DNA from: an uncultured Ardenticatenaceae bacterium
Lineage (GTDB): Bacteria; Chloroflexota; Anaerolineae; Promineifilales; Promineifilaceae
DNA: 64,000 nt
Reading direction: 5' to 3'
NCBI GenBank assembly: GCA_964452775.1
Contig: CAYVQP010000009.1
Coordinates: 7,289-71,288 of the forward strand
Part shown: positions 18,260 through 28,222 of the stretch, piece after piece
Layout of the letters: the number at the start of each line of letters is the position of its first letter
How positions within the stretch are numbered: the first letter of the stretch is position 1
Notes under the pieces: model-generated
What the model saw: the letters and a program-made list of their open reading frames with translations, nothing else
Told to the model about the DNA's origin: nothing
Databases searched by the model: none
Program-made: the position numbers and the translations under genes

Positions 18260-20035
18260 TTAACCCCGATTCCATCGAATGAGAAAGGGCAGCAGCGTCA
18301 TTGGCTGGCTGTTCCAGGCCGTCAGCTGCTCCCTGGCCAACCAATTCAGCCATGCCGCCGGCCCGTCGAGTGGCTGAGGCAGGAGATAGCCGGATCCGCG
18401 CGGGTAGAGATTCACGGTTGGAATCTTGCCTATTTCCGCGGACATTTCTGCCAACTCGGCAGCCCGCGCAATGGCGTCAATGAAATCGCCCCGGCTGTCA
18501 ACAAGCCCACGTTCCTGCGCTTGCCGGCCCGTCCAGACCCGGCCGAGGCAAATCTCATCCAGGTTTTCCAACGGCAAATTTCTCCCTTCAGACACAATCT
18601 GCTTGAATCTGTCGTAGCTCTCCATAATGCCATTGAAGATGATTGCTCGTTCACCTTCGGTAAGGGTCCCGCTGTCGCTGTAGAGGCCGGCGTGTGCGCC
18701 GCGACTAAGCGCCGCGCGGTTCACGTACATCCGTTCGTACAGGCCATCCGTATTGAACCGGCCACTGACCACGCCGACTGAGCCGGTGAGGGTGGCCGAC
18801 TGGGCCATGATGTGCCGGGCGGGCGCGCTCACATAATACCCGCCGGAAGCGGCGACGTTGCCCATATAGACCAGCACCGGCTTCTTGAGGGACAACCTGT
18901 GCACTTGCCGCCAGATGAGATCGGAGGCCAGTGCCAGGCCGCCGGGAGATTCAACATGCAAGATCAGCGCGCCGAGGCCGGAGATTCGCTCTGCCTGGCG
19001 CAGCTGGCGAATCAAGGTGTTGGCCCCGGCTGTCGCCCCACCTAGAAAGGGAATGGGCAGGTCAACGGGCGACCGGCGGCTGCTGCCGGAAGCTATTGCT
19101 CCCTCCAGGGTTATCACGCCAATGAATTTGCCGGCGGCCGGGCCGACCGTCTCGTACAACTGGCGGTGCACTTGTTGCCAGGTAGCCAGCCGGGCATGCT
19201 TTTTCTTGCTGTCTGCCGGCGCCAGCAATTTTGCTAACTCATCTTCATACGCCACATGGTCCAACAGCCCCAGTTCGGCAGCTTTCGCCGCCGGATAAGG
19301 CGCACCGTCAATGAGCGCCTTTACTTCTGCCTGGTTCTTGCCCCGTCCGGCCGCCATCTCGTGGGTAAGTTGATCGTAGGTGTCCTCCAGCAACCATTCC
19401 AATTGCTCGCGATGCTCCGCCGTAAGCTCCGCCTGCCCAACCAGGTTGCCGGCGGTCTTGTACGGTGATATTTGAAAGACATCAACGGCGACGCCAAGTT
19501 GGGCCAACGCATCCTTCAGGAAGAGGACCTCAGTGCGAAGGCCAAGCACGTCAAAGGTGGCTGCCGGCGGGGCGATAATTGTGTCTGCCGCGGTGGCAAT
19601 GAAGTAATGCGCCAGGTTCAATACCGGCGAATAGACAACTACTGTCTTTCCGGCATCGCGTAGCCGGCTGATAGATCGGCGCAGATTTTGCAGCGTGGCA
19701 AGTCCGGTTGATAGCCCGGTCAGGTGGATAACCAGCCCCTTCACGCGCTTGTCGCCCGCAATGCGCAGAAAGCGTTCATTGATCGTTTGCATGCTCAAGG
19801 GAGGGGGTGGATAGGGTAGAAAGCGCTGGACATAAGGACGCGGCGGCGCATCACGCTCCGGCAAGGGGCCGCCGATATGCATCACGATATAGTCTACTCG
19901 CCTTCGTTGAAAGCGCCGGACGAGGTTCCGGACGCCGGCCATCGCGCCGGCGCGTATGCGTCTCAGCCGGCGCTCCAGGCGCATCGGCGCCCGCGCCAGG
20001 GCGATCAGGCGAGATGTCCGCTGTTTCTCATTCAT
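18260..20035 (-). CDS. sppA: Signal peptide peptidase SppA (67K type, S49 family)
   Basis: Two S49 repeats with [15 protein letters not shown] around the catalytic Ser. ATG 20035 preferred to TTG 20053. Confidence 0.85.
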   Translation of the reverse strand: MNEKQRTSRLIALARAPMRLERRLRRIRAGAMAGVRNLVRRFQRRRVDYIVMHIGGPLPERDAPPRPYVQRFLPYPPPPLSMQTINERFLRIAGDKRVKGLVIHLTGLSTGLATLQNLRRSISRLRDAGKTVVVYSPVLNLAHYFIATAADTIIAPPAATFDVLGLRTEVLFLKDALAQLGVAVDVFQISPYKTAGNLVGQAELTAEHREQLEWLLEDTYDQLTHEMAAGRGKNQAEVKALIDGAPYPAAKAAELGLLDHVAYEDELAKLLAPADSKKKHARLATWQQVHRQLYETVGPAAGKFIGVITLEGAIASGSSRRSPVDLPIPFLGGATAGANTLIRQLRQAERISGLGALILHVESPGGLALASDLIWRQVHRLSLKKPVLVYMGNVAASGGYYVSAPARHIMAQSATLTGSVGVVSGRFNTDGLYERMYVNRAALSRGAHAGLYSDSGTLTEGERAIIFNGIMESYDRFKQIVSEGRNLPLENLDEICLGRVWTGRQAQERGLVDSRGDFIDAIARAAELAEMSAEIGKIPTVNLYPRGSGYLLPQPLDGPAAWLNWLAREQLTAWNSQPMTLLPFLIRWNRG

Positions 20036-20184
20036 GCGAGTGCAACCTCTCAAATCTCATTCGGCCCGATATGATAGGCGGTTGCGATAAGCGTAGCAAG
20101 TGAACCGATGGGCTACGTGAAGCAGAAGCGCTTCCAGCGCCGGCAGGGTAAATGTGCGGTAGGGCTGCCCCGGCCCAACTACAC

Positions 20185-20213
20185 TTGAGAGTAAGCTCTG
20201 ACTCTGTTACAAT
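20185..20213 (+). promoter_or_regulatory. Putative promoter: TTGAGA, 17-nt spacer, TACAAT
   Basis: -35 at 20185-20190 and -10 at 20208-20213, about 20 nt upstream of the riboswitch P1 stem. Confidence 0.45.
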
Positions 20214-20235
20214 TCAACTGCTTTACAATTGAGCG

Positions 20236-20375
20236 CACAGGGAGCTGGGACCAAACCCGGCTGAGAGGGCAGCGATTGGGCTGCCGACCTGCGAACCTGA
20301 TCCGGATAATGCCGGCGGAGGGATGTGAACGAACCATTCATTCTCAGCCACCCGAATTCGGGTGGCTTTTTCTGT
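20236..20375 (+). promoter_or_regulatory. TPP (THI-box) riboswitch with terminator expression platform
   Basis: Aptamer at 20236-20327 with conserved GGCTGAGAG and AACCTGATCCGGATAATGCCGGCGGAGGGA; P1 is CACA/TGTG. It is followed by the hairpin AGCCACCCGAATTCGGGTGGCT and TTTTTCTGTTT (20346-20375). Confidence 0.88.
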
Positions 20376-20421
20376 TTCTACCGGCGGTAACGCACTGGCT
20401 GAGCAAGGACCTGGTTTGACA

Positions 20422-21066
20422 ATGATCCTGATCGTGGCAAACGGAAATATCGAGCCGGGAGAGTGGTGGCGAGATCACTTGCGGCAAGCTAACGCGGTCA
20501 TTGCTGCGGACGGCGGCTTGCGCCACCTGTTGTCTCTTGGCGTCCTGCCGGACCTTGTTATTGGCGATCTCGATTCCCTGTCTCCCGAAGAGCTGGCCCG
20601 GCTCGAAGGCGCGGGAACAAGGGTGTTGAGATACCCGGCGGAGAAAGATGAGACGGATCTCGAGCTGGCCCTCATTCACGCCGCCAGGATGGTTGATGAG
20701 GAAGTTTGGGTCCTGGGCGCGCTTGGCGGTCGGCTGGATCAAACGCTGGGCAATATCTTGCTTTTGGCCCATCCGGCCCTCTCAAGATCGCGCGTCTGCC
20801 TGCTCACCCAATATCAGCGGGCGTGGCTGGTCACCGGCGAAGAGACAGTTCACGGTAGCGCCGGCGACCGCATCTCGCTGATCCCGTTGGGCGGCGACGC
20901 GCAAATTGCCTTCACCACGAACTTGCGTTGGGAACTTTCAGACGAACACCTCTTATTCGGGCCGGCGCGTGGTCTCAGCAACATAATGACCGCCGATAAG
21001 GCAACTATTAGTGTGCGGAGTGGACAGGTGTTGTGCGTGCACACAGATCGGGAGTGGCGGCGCTAG
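20422..21066 (+). CDS. thiN: Thiamine diphosphokinase
   Basis: ILIVANGNI, VIAADGGLRHL, VIGDLDS and EKDETDLELAL motifs. The ORF-track start at 20362 lies inside the riboswitch terminator, so ATG 20422 is used. Confidence 0.85.
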   Translation: MILIVANGNIEPGEWWRDHLRQANAVIAADGGLRHLLSLGVLPDLVIGDLDSLSPEELARLEGAGTRVLRYPAEKDETDLELALIHAARMVDEEVWVLGALGGRLDQTLGNILLLAHPALSRSRVCLLTQYQRAWLVTGEETVHGSAGDRISLIPLGGDAQIAFTTNLRWELSDEHLLFGPARGLSNIMTADKATISVRSGQVLCVHTDREWRR

Positions 21067-21119
21067 GCGGCGTTTCTGTGCTTGCGGCCGATTCGCCGGT
21101 CCGAAGGGAAGAACAAGTC

Positions 21120-22166
21120 ATGTCGAGATTATTGATGGTCACGTTGATGATGGTCATGTTGACCGCCTGCGGCGGCGCCCAGCCCGAACCAGAAGAGATC
21201 ACCCTGATGACGCACGATAGCTTTGACGTCAGCGAGGAAGTCATTGCAGCGTTCGAAGAAGCGGAAGGGGTGACGGTCACTATCTTGCCCTCCGGTGACG
21301 CCGGCACCGCTCTTAATCAGGCAATCCTGGCCAGGGAAAACCCGTTGGCCGATGTATTTTACGGGGTAGACAACGCCTTTATGGGCCGGGCGCTCAGCGA
21401 GGATCTCTTCATCCCTTACGATTCGCCGCTGCTGGACAAGATTCCGGACGCGCTAGAGTTGGACGCAACCCATCGTCTGCTACCGGCTGATTACGGGGAC
21501 GTTTGCCTGAACTATGACCGGGACTATTTCGCCCGAAGTGACTTGCCGCTGCCACAGTCGCTGGCCGATCTGACCGGTCCGGCCTACAAGAGCCTGCTGG
21601 TTGTGGAGAATCCGGCTACCTCCAGCCCTGGATTGGCCTTTCTGTTGGCGACGGTGGCCGAGTTTGGCGTCGAGGGCGACTACACCTACTTGGACTTCTG
21701 GCGCGACCTGCGCGCTAACGATGTGCTGGTGACCAACGACTGGAACGACGCTTACTATGGTCAGTTCAGCGTGGCGGGGGACGGTAACCGGCCGCTGGTT
21801 GTGTCGTACGCGACCAGCCCGCCGGCAGAGATGATCTTCGCCGACCCGCCGCTGGACAGTCCGCCCAGCAGCAGTATCACCGCGCCGGGTACCTGTTTCC
21901 GGCAGATAGAGTTCGTTGGCATATTGGACGGCGCCCGCGATGAGGAACTGGCCCGCAACTTGGTAGACTTTCTGTTGAGCCGGCAGTTTCAGGAGGACTT
22001 GCCGCTGCGCATGTTCGTCTTCCCGGCCAATGAGAACGCAGCGCTGCCGGATGTGTTCATCCAGTGGGTGACTTTGCCGGAGGATCCGGCCGCCATTTCG
22101 CCGGAGGAGATTGATGCCAATCGGGATGAGTGGATAGAGGCCTGGACGGAGGTGGTGCTGCGCTGA
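21120..22166 (+). CDS. thiB: Thiamine-type ABC transporter substrate-binding lipoprotein
   Basis: Lipoprotein signal LMMVMLTACGG. ThiB/TbpA-like ..LMTHDSFDVSEEVIAAFEEAEGVTVTIL..NPLADVFYGVDN... Sits in the riboswitch-controlled operon. Confidence 0.75.
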   Translation: MSRLLMVTLMMVMLTACGGAQPEPEEITLMTHDSFDVSEEVIAAFEEAEGVTVTILPSGDAGTALNQAILARENPLADVFYGVDNAFMGRALSEDLFIPYDSPLLDKIPDALELDATHRLLPADYGDVCLNYDRDYFARSDLPLPQSLADLTGPAYKSLLVVENPATSSPGLAFLLATVAEFGVEGDYTYLDFWRDLRANDVLVTNDWNDAYYGQFSVAGDGNRPLVVSYATSPPAEMIFADPPLDSPPSSSITAPGTCFRQIEFVGILDGARDEELARNLVDFLLSRQFQEDLPLRMFVFPANENAALPDVFIQWVTLPEDPAAISPEEIDANRDEWIEAWTEVVLR

Positions 22167-22191
22167 AGCTCTACCGCGCAGGAATCCCCGG

Positions 22192-23268
22192 TTATGCCGG
22201 CTGAGCAAGCTGTCCCTGGCGCGCGTGAAGCTGGCCGCAGCCGGCGTCAATGTCCAGGCCGCGTCGTTGGCGCACCGTGCTCGGAAGCCCGTACTGGCGC
22301 AAAACCTCTTGAAACGCGGCAATCGCCGGGGAACCGCTGGGGAATCCCGAGAATGCGCCGGTGGGGTTAAGCGGAATGAGGTTCACATGCGCGTCCAGCC
22401 CTTGCAACAGGCTGCCCAACGCGCTCGCCTGGGCGAGTGTGTCGTTTTCCCCCTCAATTAGGGCCCACTCAATGAAGATGCGCCGGTTGAAATGACGGCA
22501 ATATTCCCGGCAGGCTTCAATCAGATCCGCCAGCGGCCAACGCCGGCTTATGGGTACCAAGCGGGAGCGCTCTTCATCGGTAGCCCCGTGTAGGCTAACT
22601 GCCAGGTTGACCGGCCGGTTCTCGGCCACGAGGCGCCGGATTGCCGCCGGCAGGCCTACCGTACTCACCGTCAGATGACGTGGGGCAAATGCCAATCCTC
22701 TATCGTCTGTCAGAATGTCCAGAGCGTCCATGGTGGCCCGAAAGTTGTGCAGCGGCTCGCCCATGCCCATGAAGACGATGTTGCGGATGTCACGGGTAGG
22801 CTGACCCAGTCTGGTCATGGCCGCCGGCGATTTCAGCCTATGCAGCAGGAACAACACCTGTCCCACGATCTCGCCGGCCGAGAGATGCCGGGTGAAGCCA
22901 CTCTGTCCGGTAGCACAAAAGACGCAACCCATCGCACAGCCGACCTGACTGCTGATACAGACCGAATAACGGTCACGGTAAGGCATTAGCACCGTCTCCA
23001 CGCTCTGCCCATCAACCAGTTGTAGCAGGAACTTCTGTGTGCCGTCCTCGCTCAGTTGGGCCGCAACCAGGCGAGGCAGCTCCAAACAGTACTCCTCCAG
23101 GAGATGGGCGCGCAGGGCGGGACGTAGCCCCGTGATTTGTGACAGATCTTCGACACGCTGCCGGTACAACCCGCTCCAGAGTAGGCCGGCATAATGTTCA
23201 GAGTGTCCCCAGCCGGCGAGGAGCGGACGGAGAGCGTCATAAGGTAGCTCGTACAGATTCTTCCGCAT
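22192..23268 (-). CDS. rlmN: 23S rRNA/tRNA (adenine-C2)-methyltransferase, radical SAM
   Basis: SSQVGCAMGCVFCATGQSGFTRHLSAGEIVGQV and FMGMGEPLHN motifs. Confidence 0.9.
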   Translation of the reverse strand: MRKNLYELPYDALRPLLAGWGHSEHYAGLLWSGLYRQRVEDLSQITGLRPALRAHLLEEYCLELPRLVAAQLSEDGTQKFLLQLVDGQSVETVLMPYRDRYSVCISSQVGCAMGCVFCATGQSGFTRHLSAGEIVGQVLFLLHRLKSPAAMTRLGQPTRDIRNIVFMGMGEPLHNFRATMDALDILTDDRGLAFAPRHLTVSTVGLPAAIRRLVAENRPVNLAVSLHGATDEERSRLVPISRRWPLADLIEACREYCRHFNRRIFIEWALIEGENDTLAQASALGSLLQGLDAHVNLIPLNPTGAFSGFPSGSPAIAAFQEVLRQYGLPSTVRQRRGLDIDAGCGQLHARQGQLAQPA

Positions 23269-23292
23269 CGCTCGATACTTTACGTGATCCAG

Positions 23293-23322
23293 AAAAAAAA
23301 GAGACCCTCGCCGGAGGGTCTC
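23293..23322 (-). terminator. Intrinsic terminator after the DUF59 gene
   Basis: Stem GAGACCCTC/GAGGGTCTC with a 4-nt loop. The A8 run on the plus strand gives U8 on the minus-strand transcript. Confidence 0.7.
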
Positions 23323-23346
23323 ACATGCTACTGGTCAATGCGGCGT

Positions 23347-23652
23347 TTAGAACAGGCCCCAGTCGCCGCCGGCGCCGTCTTCCATCATGGACGGGTCCCA
23401 CAGTTCCGTGCCGAGTTCGACATGGGCGGAACCACCGATGGCGCGGCCAGCGACCATGCGTACCTGGTCGATCATTGCTGGCCCATATGGGCAGAATGGG
23501 GTGGTCAGGATCATGATGATACGTAGAGAGTTCTTCTCTTCGTCTACATCTACATTGCGGATCAGGCCGAGCTCGACCACGTTCAGGCCGATTTCGGGAT
23601 CGATGACTTCGCGCAGCGCTTCAAGTACTTCTTCTTCTTTGGTAGCCAGCAT
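23347..23652 (-). CDS. DUF59 / SufT-like Fe-S cluster assembly protein
   Basis: 101 aa from ATG 23652. EALREVIDPEIGLNVVELGLI and TTPFCPYGPAM are typical of the MIP18/DUF59 family. Confidence 0.8.
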   Translation of the reverse strand: MLATKEEEVLEALREVIDPEIGLNVVELGLIRNVDVDEEKNSLRIIMILTTPFCPYGPAMIDQVRMVAGRAIGGSAHVELGTELWDPSMMEDGAGGDWGLF

Positions 23653-23717
23653 TTCTTGGACCTCGATGTTTGAAACAATGATACAGAATCTTACTTCGAC
23701 CGGCGCTCTCGGCGGGT

Positions 23718-24389
23718 TTAGTTGGCCGAAGTCAACTGTGTTTGTAGTTTGCCGGCGGGTAAGGGGATCGAAAACTCGCAGCATTGGTCGCCGTTCAACA
23801 TGCAACTGTGCTGGCGGACCTCGGTCTGGAGTACAGAAAGGATCAAGCGGGTATCCAACGTGCATACCTCGCTGTGACTCTTGCCGACGGATATATATGG
23901 GCAGCTATATTCGACGAAGCGGTAGCCGGTATCGGAGACTTCCCAACGCGCCAGATAGCCCTCTTCCTCCAGAAGCTTTACCAGAAAGTCTAGCTTCTCC
24001 TCAAACGACAGGCGTGAAAAGGTCGCCTGATTGTCGCGGACGATGCCCTCTACGACGCCGTTGAACAGCTCCAGCACCACCTCTTGTGGAAAGCGCTCCT
24101 TTACTTCGTCGAGCAGCCGGCTGCTCAGCCTGACGTACCGCTTGGGGAACAGCTCGTCGCCCTTTTCGCTGAGGCTATACACGTAGTAGGGCCGGCCCAC
24201 CTTGCGGCGCACGCTTTCGGTCTCTAACAACCCTTCGGCCTGCAGCGAATTCAGGTGATGGCGAACAGTTACCGGAGAGACCCTGGCTTCCTCGGCCAAC
24301 TCCTCGACCGTCGCCTGGTTGCGGGCCTTAATGGTCTGTAGAATGACCTCGCGGGTGCTCTTCTTAGCCTTGTCGGATATCGGTTTCAC
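23718..24389 (-). CDS. sufR: SufR-type transcriptional regulator (wHTH plus C-terminal Cys cluster)
   Basis: N-terminal wHTH ..ATVEELAEEARVSPVTVRHHLNSLQAEGLL... C-terminal YSCPY-X-C-X-C-X6-CC cysteine pattern. Divergent from sufC. Confidence 0.7.
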   Translation of the reverse strand: MKPISDKAKKSTREVILQTIKARNQATVEELAEEARVSPVTVRHHLNSLQAEGLLETESVRRKVGRPYYVYSLSEKGDELFPKRYVRLSSRLLDEVKERFPQEVVLELFNGVVEGIVRDNQATFSRLSFEEKLDFLVKLLEEEGYLARWEVSDTGYRFVEYSCPYISVGKSHSEVCTLDTRLILSVLQTEVRQHSCMLNGDQCCEFSIPLPAGKLQTQLTSAN

Positions 24390-24419
24390 GATTACAATTT
24401 CCCGGCATTAATCAGGGGG

Positions 24420-24448
24420 ATTATAGCATGCTGCCCTGCCACTGTCAA
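24420..24448 (-). promoter_or_regulatory. Consensus sigma-70 promoter for sufR: TTGACA, 17-nt spacer, TATAAT
   Basis: On the minus strand, -35 at 24448-24443 and -10 at 24425-24420. Confidence 0.6.
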
Positions 24449-24484
24449 TTTTCACTATTTTTATCATTGTTATTATAAAAATTA

Positions 24485-24513
24485 TTGACGCTGCCTGGGG
24501 GCTATGGTATACT
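24485..24513 (+). promoter_or_regulatory. Promoter for the suf operon: TTGACG, 17-nt spacer, TATACT
   Basis: -35 at 24485-24490 and -10 at 24508-24513. AGGAG SD precedes ATG 24552. Confidence 0.6.
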
Positions 24514-24551
24514 CGCAGCGGTACGATAGCTAAACAGGAGTTCAAGATTCA

Positions 24552-25334
24552 ATGGCAAGTGCACTGGAAATTAGGAACCTACATGCATCCGTGGCTAACC
24601 AACAGATACTCAAGGGTATTGATTTGTTGGTCAGGCAGGGTGAGATTCACGCGCTGATGGGGCCGAATGGTTCCGGCAAAAGCACGCTGGCCTATACTTT
24701 GGCCGGCCACCCGGCGTACACTCCGACGGCCGGCAAGGTCATATTTGACGGCGAAGATTTACTGGAGATGGAAGCGGATGAACGCTCACGGGCGGGCCTC
24801 TTCCTGGCGTTTCAATACCCGATAGCGGTTCCGGGGGTGACCGTAGCCAACTTCCTGCGCCAGGCGCTCAATTCGCGCCGGCGAGCGGATGACCCGGAAG
24901 ACAAGGGCATCTCCATCCCCGCCTTTCGCCGGCTCCTGCGGGACAAGATGGACGGGCTGGGCATGGATCACAAATTTGCCGGTCGCTATCTGAATGACGG
25001 CTTTTCCGGCGGAGAAAAGAAGCGTTCGGAAATCCTGCAAATGGCCACCCTGGAGCCAAAGATCGCCATTATGGATGAGACCGATTCCGGGCTGGATATC
25101 GACGCGTTGCGCATCGTGGCTGAAGGAGCAGTCCGATTGCGCGAGCAACTGAACATGGGCGTACTGGTCATTACCCACTACCAACGCATCCTGAACTACA
25201 TCAAGCCGGATTACGTGCACGTTTTGCTCAATGGCCGGATTGTAGAGAGCGGTGGCCCGGAGCTGGCGCTTGAGCTGGAAGAGAAAGGGTACGATTGGCT
25301 TCGGACCAAGTACAGCGCGGTTGAGGAGGCGTAA
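24552..25334 (+). CDS. sufC: Fe-S cluster assembly ATPase SufC
   Basis: Walker [13 protein letters not shown] signature FSGGEKKR, Walker [13 protein letters not shown]. Confidence 0.95.
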   Translation: MASALEIRNLHASVANQQILKGIDLLVRQGEIHALMGPNGSGKSTLAYTLAGHPAYTPTAGKVIFDGEDLLEMEADERSRAGLFLAFQYPIAVPGVTVANFLRQALNSRRRADDPEDKGISIPAFRRLLRDKMDGLGMDHKFAGRYLNDGFSGGEKKRSEILQMATLEPKIAIMDETDSGLDIDALRIVAEGAVRLREQLNMGVLVITHYQRILNYIKPDYVHVLLNGRIVESGGPELALELEEKGYDWLRTKYSAVEEA

Positions 25335-26771
25335 ATGGCGGAACTCGTGGAAAGTGGTGTAACAGAAGAAGAGGTCATTGCCGGCTTTAACCAGGATTAC
25401 GCCTCAAAGTACGGCTTTGCGGATGCGGAGGATTACGTCTTTAAGGCGGAAAGAGGTCTGACGGAATCGGTTATTCGCAGCATGTCCGCCATGAAGGGGG
25501 AACCGGAGTGGATGCTGGAGTCCCGGCTTCGGGCATACCGGCATTTCCTTAACCGGCCGATGCCGACCTGGGGCGCTGACCTCTCCGGCATCGACTTCGA
25601 CAATATCTACTACTACATTAAGCCATCGGACCGCCAGGAAGACGACTGGGAGGATGTGCCGGGCTACATTAAGGACACTTTCAGCAAGCTTGGTATACCT
25701 GAGGCAGAGCAGAAGTTCCTCTCCGGCGTCGCTGCGCAGTACGAGTCGGAGGTCGTCTACCACAATATCCGGAAGGAGTTGGAGGAGAAAGGCGTCATAT
25801 TCCTCGGCATGGACGACGCCCTGGCCCAGTATCCCGATTTGGTGAAGGAATACTTCGGCACGATCATCCCCTTCAATGACAACAAGTTCGCCGCCCTGAA
25901 TACCGCGGTATGGTCCGGCGGCAGCTTTATATATGTGCCGCCGGGCGTTCACGTGGAAATGCCCTTGCAGGCCTACTTCCGCATCAACGCCAAGAACGTG
26001 GGACAGTTCGAGCGCACGCTAATCATTATTGATGAGGGCGCCTACTGCCATTATGTAGAAGGATGCACGGCCCCGATATACTCATCCGATTCCTTGCATT
26101 CTGCGGTGGTCGAGATCATCGTGAAGAAAGGTGGGCGCTGCCGGTACACGACCATCCAGAATTGGTCCAACAATGTGTATAACCTGGTGACCAAGCGGGC
26201 GATGGCGTATCAAGATGCAACGATGGAATGGGTAGACGGCAACCTGGGCTCAAAGGTGACGATGAAGTACCCGGCCGTGTACTTGATGGGCGAGGGCGCG
26301 CACGGAGAGATCCTGTCTATTGCCTTCGCCGGCAAGGGACAGCATCAGGATGCCGGCGGCAAGGTGGTCCATGTGGCTCCGCACACGACCAGCCGGATTA
26401 TCTCAAAGTCCATCAGTAAGGCCGGCGGGCGAGCGTCGTATCGCGGGCTGCTGAAGGTACATGAAGGCGCACATGGCAGCAAATCTAACGTGGTTTGTGA
26501 TGCGCTCTTGCTAGACGAAAACAGCCGCTCCGATACGTACCCTTATATCGAAATTGACGATCAGGATGTGACCATCGGTCACGAGGCATCGGTTAGCAAG
26601 GTAGGCGAAGAGCAACTCTTCTACCTGATGAGCCGGGGTATCAGCGAAGAAATGGCAAACACCATGATCGTCAACGGCTTCATCGAACCGTTGGTGAAGG
26701 AACTCCCAATGGAGTACGCCATTGAGATGAACCGGCTGATCCAACTGCAAATGGAAGGCTCGATCGGTTAA
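25335..26771 (+). CDS. sufB: Fe-S cluster assembly protein SufB
   Basis: 478 aa with ..[16 protein letters not shown].., ..YTTIQNWS.. and C-terminal [22 protein letters not shown]. Starts 1 nt after the sufC stop. Confidence 0.95.
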   Translation: MAELVESGVTEEEVIAGFNQDYASKYGFADAEDYVFKAERGLTESVIRSMSAMKGEPEWMLESRLRAYRHFLNRPMPTWGADLSGIDFDNIYYYIKPSDRQEDDWEDVPGYIKDTFSKLGIPEAEQKFLSGVAAQYESEVVYHNIRKELEEKGVIFLGMDDALAQYPDLVKEYFGTIIPFNDNKFAALNTAVWSGGSFIYVPPGVHVEMPLQAYFRINAKNVGQFERTLIIIDEGAYCHYVEGCTAPIYSSDSLHSAVVEIIVKKGGRCRYTTIQNWSNNVYNLVTKRAMAYQDATMEWVDGNLGSKVTMKYPAVYLMGEGAHGEILSIAFAGKGQHQDAGGKVVHVAPHTTSRIISKSISKAGGRASYRGLLKVHEGAHGSKSNVVCDALLLDENSRSDTYPYIEIDDQDVTIGHEASVSKVGEEQLFYLMSRGISEEMANTMIVNGFIEPLVKELPMEYAIEMNRLIQLQMEGSIG

Positions 26772-26860
26772 GATTGAGCTAGCGCGGCCGTTGGTCTGGA
26801 GCTGTGATAGGCTGCCGGCCAACCTTACAGCTCCAAAGCTATTGACATCTACTCAGCGCA

Positions 26861-26894
26861 GCCCATTGGCGTGACAAGGAGCCCGCCAATGGGC
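26861..26894 (+). other. Perfect 11-bp stem-loop in the sufB-sufD spacer
   Basis: GCCCATTGGCG (26861-26871) pairs with CGCCAATGGGC (26884-26894). The 12-nt loop TGACAAGGAGCC contains AAGGAG. Confidence 0.45.
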
Positions 26895-26920
26895 GCGATT
26901 GATATTTGAGAGGCACTTGA

Positions 26921-28222
26921 ATGACGAAGTTTTCCAAAGAAGCTGTCGAGCTTCTCTCCGCCAGGCTGGATGAGCCGACCTGGATGCTCGAATTTCGCCT
27001 ACGGGCATGGGAGCAATACGCCGCCATGCCGATGCCTACCATGCAGGATGAGGCATGGCGCCGCACGGATTTGCGCCGCCTGAAACTCGATCAAATTGGC
27101 CCGGCTCTAAACGGCAGCGGCAACGGAAACGGCGTGCCCGATTACCTGGGCGAACAGCTAACTCAGGACAAAGCCGGAGGCGTGCTGGTAGAGACGGACG
27201 GGGTTGTGACTGAGTATCAGCTTAGCGACGAGTTGCGCGCCCAGGGCATCATCTTTTGTGACCTGCACACTGCCGTGCGCGAACATCCGGCGTTGGTGCA
27301 GAAGTACTTCATGACCGAGGCCGTCCGTCCGGAGGAAGGGAAGTTTGCGGCCCTGCATGGCGCGTTCTGGCGAGGCGGCATCTTTCTATATGTGCCGCGC
27401 AATGTCCAGGCTGCCGCGCCATTCCACACTGCCTTGTGGGCGACCTCCCACAGTTCCTTCACCCATACCCTGGTAGTGCTGGAGGAGGGGGCTGAGGCCA
27501 TTCTGATAGATGAGTACGCTTCGGAAGCGGATTCGGAACAGGCGTTGCACAATGGCGCTGTAGAGCTAATCGTCGGAGATAGCGCCAGCCTGACTTACGT
27601 CTCACTACAGGACTTTGGCGAAAACGTGTGGCAGGTTACGCACGAGCGCGGGAGGATAGGCCGGGACGCAAAACTGGATTGGGTGATCAGTATCATGGGC
27701 GCCCGCCTGACCAAGGCGTTTCAGACTGTGGAGCTGGACCGGCCCGGCGGCTGGGCCCGGATGTCAGGGCTTTTCTTTACCAGCGACCGCCAGCACTTTG
27801 ACCTGGACACGCAGCAAAATCACAACGCTGCCGATACGGTGAGCGATCTGCTTTACAAAGGGGCAATGAAGGACAAGTCGCGCTCCGTATGGCAGGGGAT
27901 GATTAAAGCACTGCCCGGCTCGCAACGCATTGACGGCTTTCAGGCCAATCGAAACTTGATCCTGGATCGCGCCGCTCGCGCCGACTCAATCCCTGGTTTG
28001 GAGATCCAGGCGGACGACGTGCGTTGCACGCACGCCTCAACGATCGGCCAATTGGACCAGGAAGAGATCTTTTACCTGATGGCCCGCGGCATACCCCGGG
28101 AGACAGCTACTCGCATGGTGGTGAGTGGCTTCTTTGATCCCGTGATGAAGCGCATTCCGTTTGAGGGTGTGCAGCATCGGATTGAGAGTCGTATTTTGGA
28201 CAAGGTGGGGAGGAACAACTAA
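26921..28222 (+). CDS. sufD: Fe-S cluster assembly protein SufD
   Basis: SufBD-family C-terminal beta-helix with ..[23 protein letters not shown]... Confidence 0.9.
   Translation: MTKFSKEAVELLSARLDEPTWMLEFRLRAWEQYAAMPMPTMQDEAWRRTDLRRLKLDQIGPALNGSGNGNGVPDYLGEQLTQDKAGGVLVETDGVVTEYQLSDELRAQGIIFCDLHTAVREHPALVQKYFMTEAVRPEEGKFAALHGAFWRGGIFLYVPRNVQAAAPFHTALWATSHSSFTHTLVVLEEGAEAILIDEYASEADSEQALHNGAVELIVGDSASLTYVSLQDFGENVWQVTHERGRIGRDAKLDWVISIMGARLTKAFQTVELDRPGGWARMSGLFFTSDRQHFDLDTQQNHNAADTVSDLLYKGAMKDKSRSVWQGMIKALPGSQRIDGFQANRNLILDRAARADSIPGLEIQADDVRCTHASTIGQLDQEEIFYLMARGIPRETATRMVVSGFFDPVMKRIPFEGVQHRIESRILDKVGRNN

Noticed and set aside
20362-20421. N-terminal extension of thiN (MAFSVSTGGNALAEQGPGLT) given by the ORF track.
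   Set aside because: Its GTG start lies inside the riboswitch terminator stem. The TPK homology begins at MILIVANG (ATG 20422).
21480-22322. 280-aa minus-strand ORF.
   Set aside because: It is antisense to thiB and runs into the rlmN 3' end. It has an Arg-rich noise composition.
23387-24064. 225-aa plus-strand ORF.
   Set aside because: It is antisense to the DUF59 and sufR genes. It is Ser/Arg-rich with no motifs.
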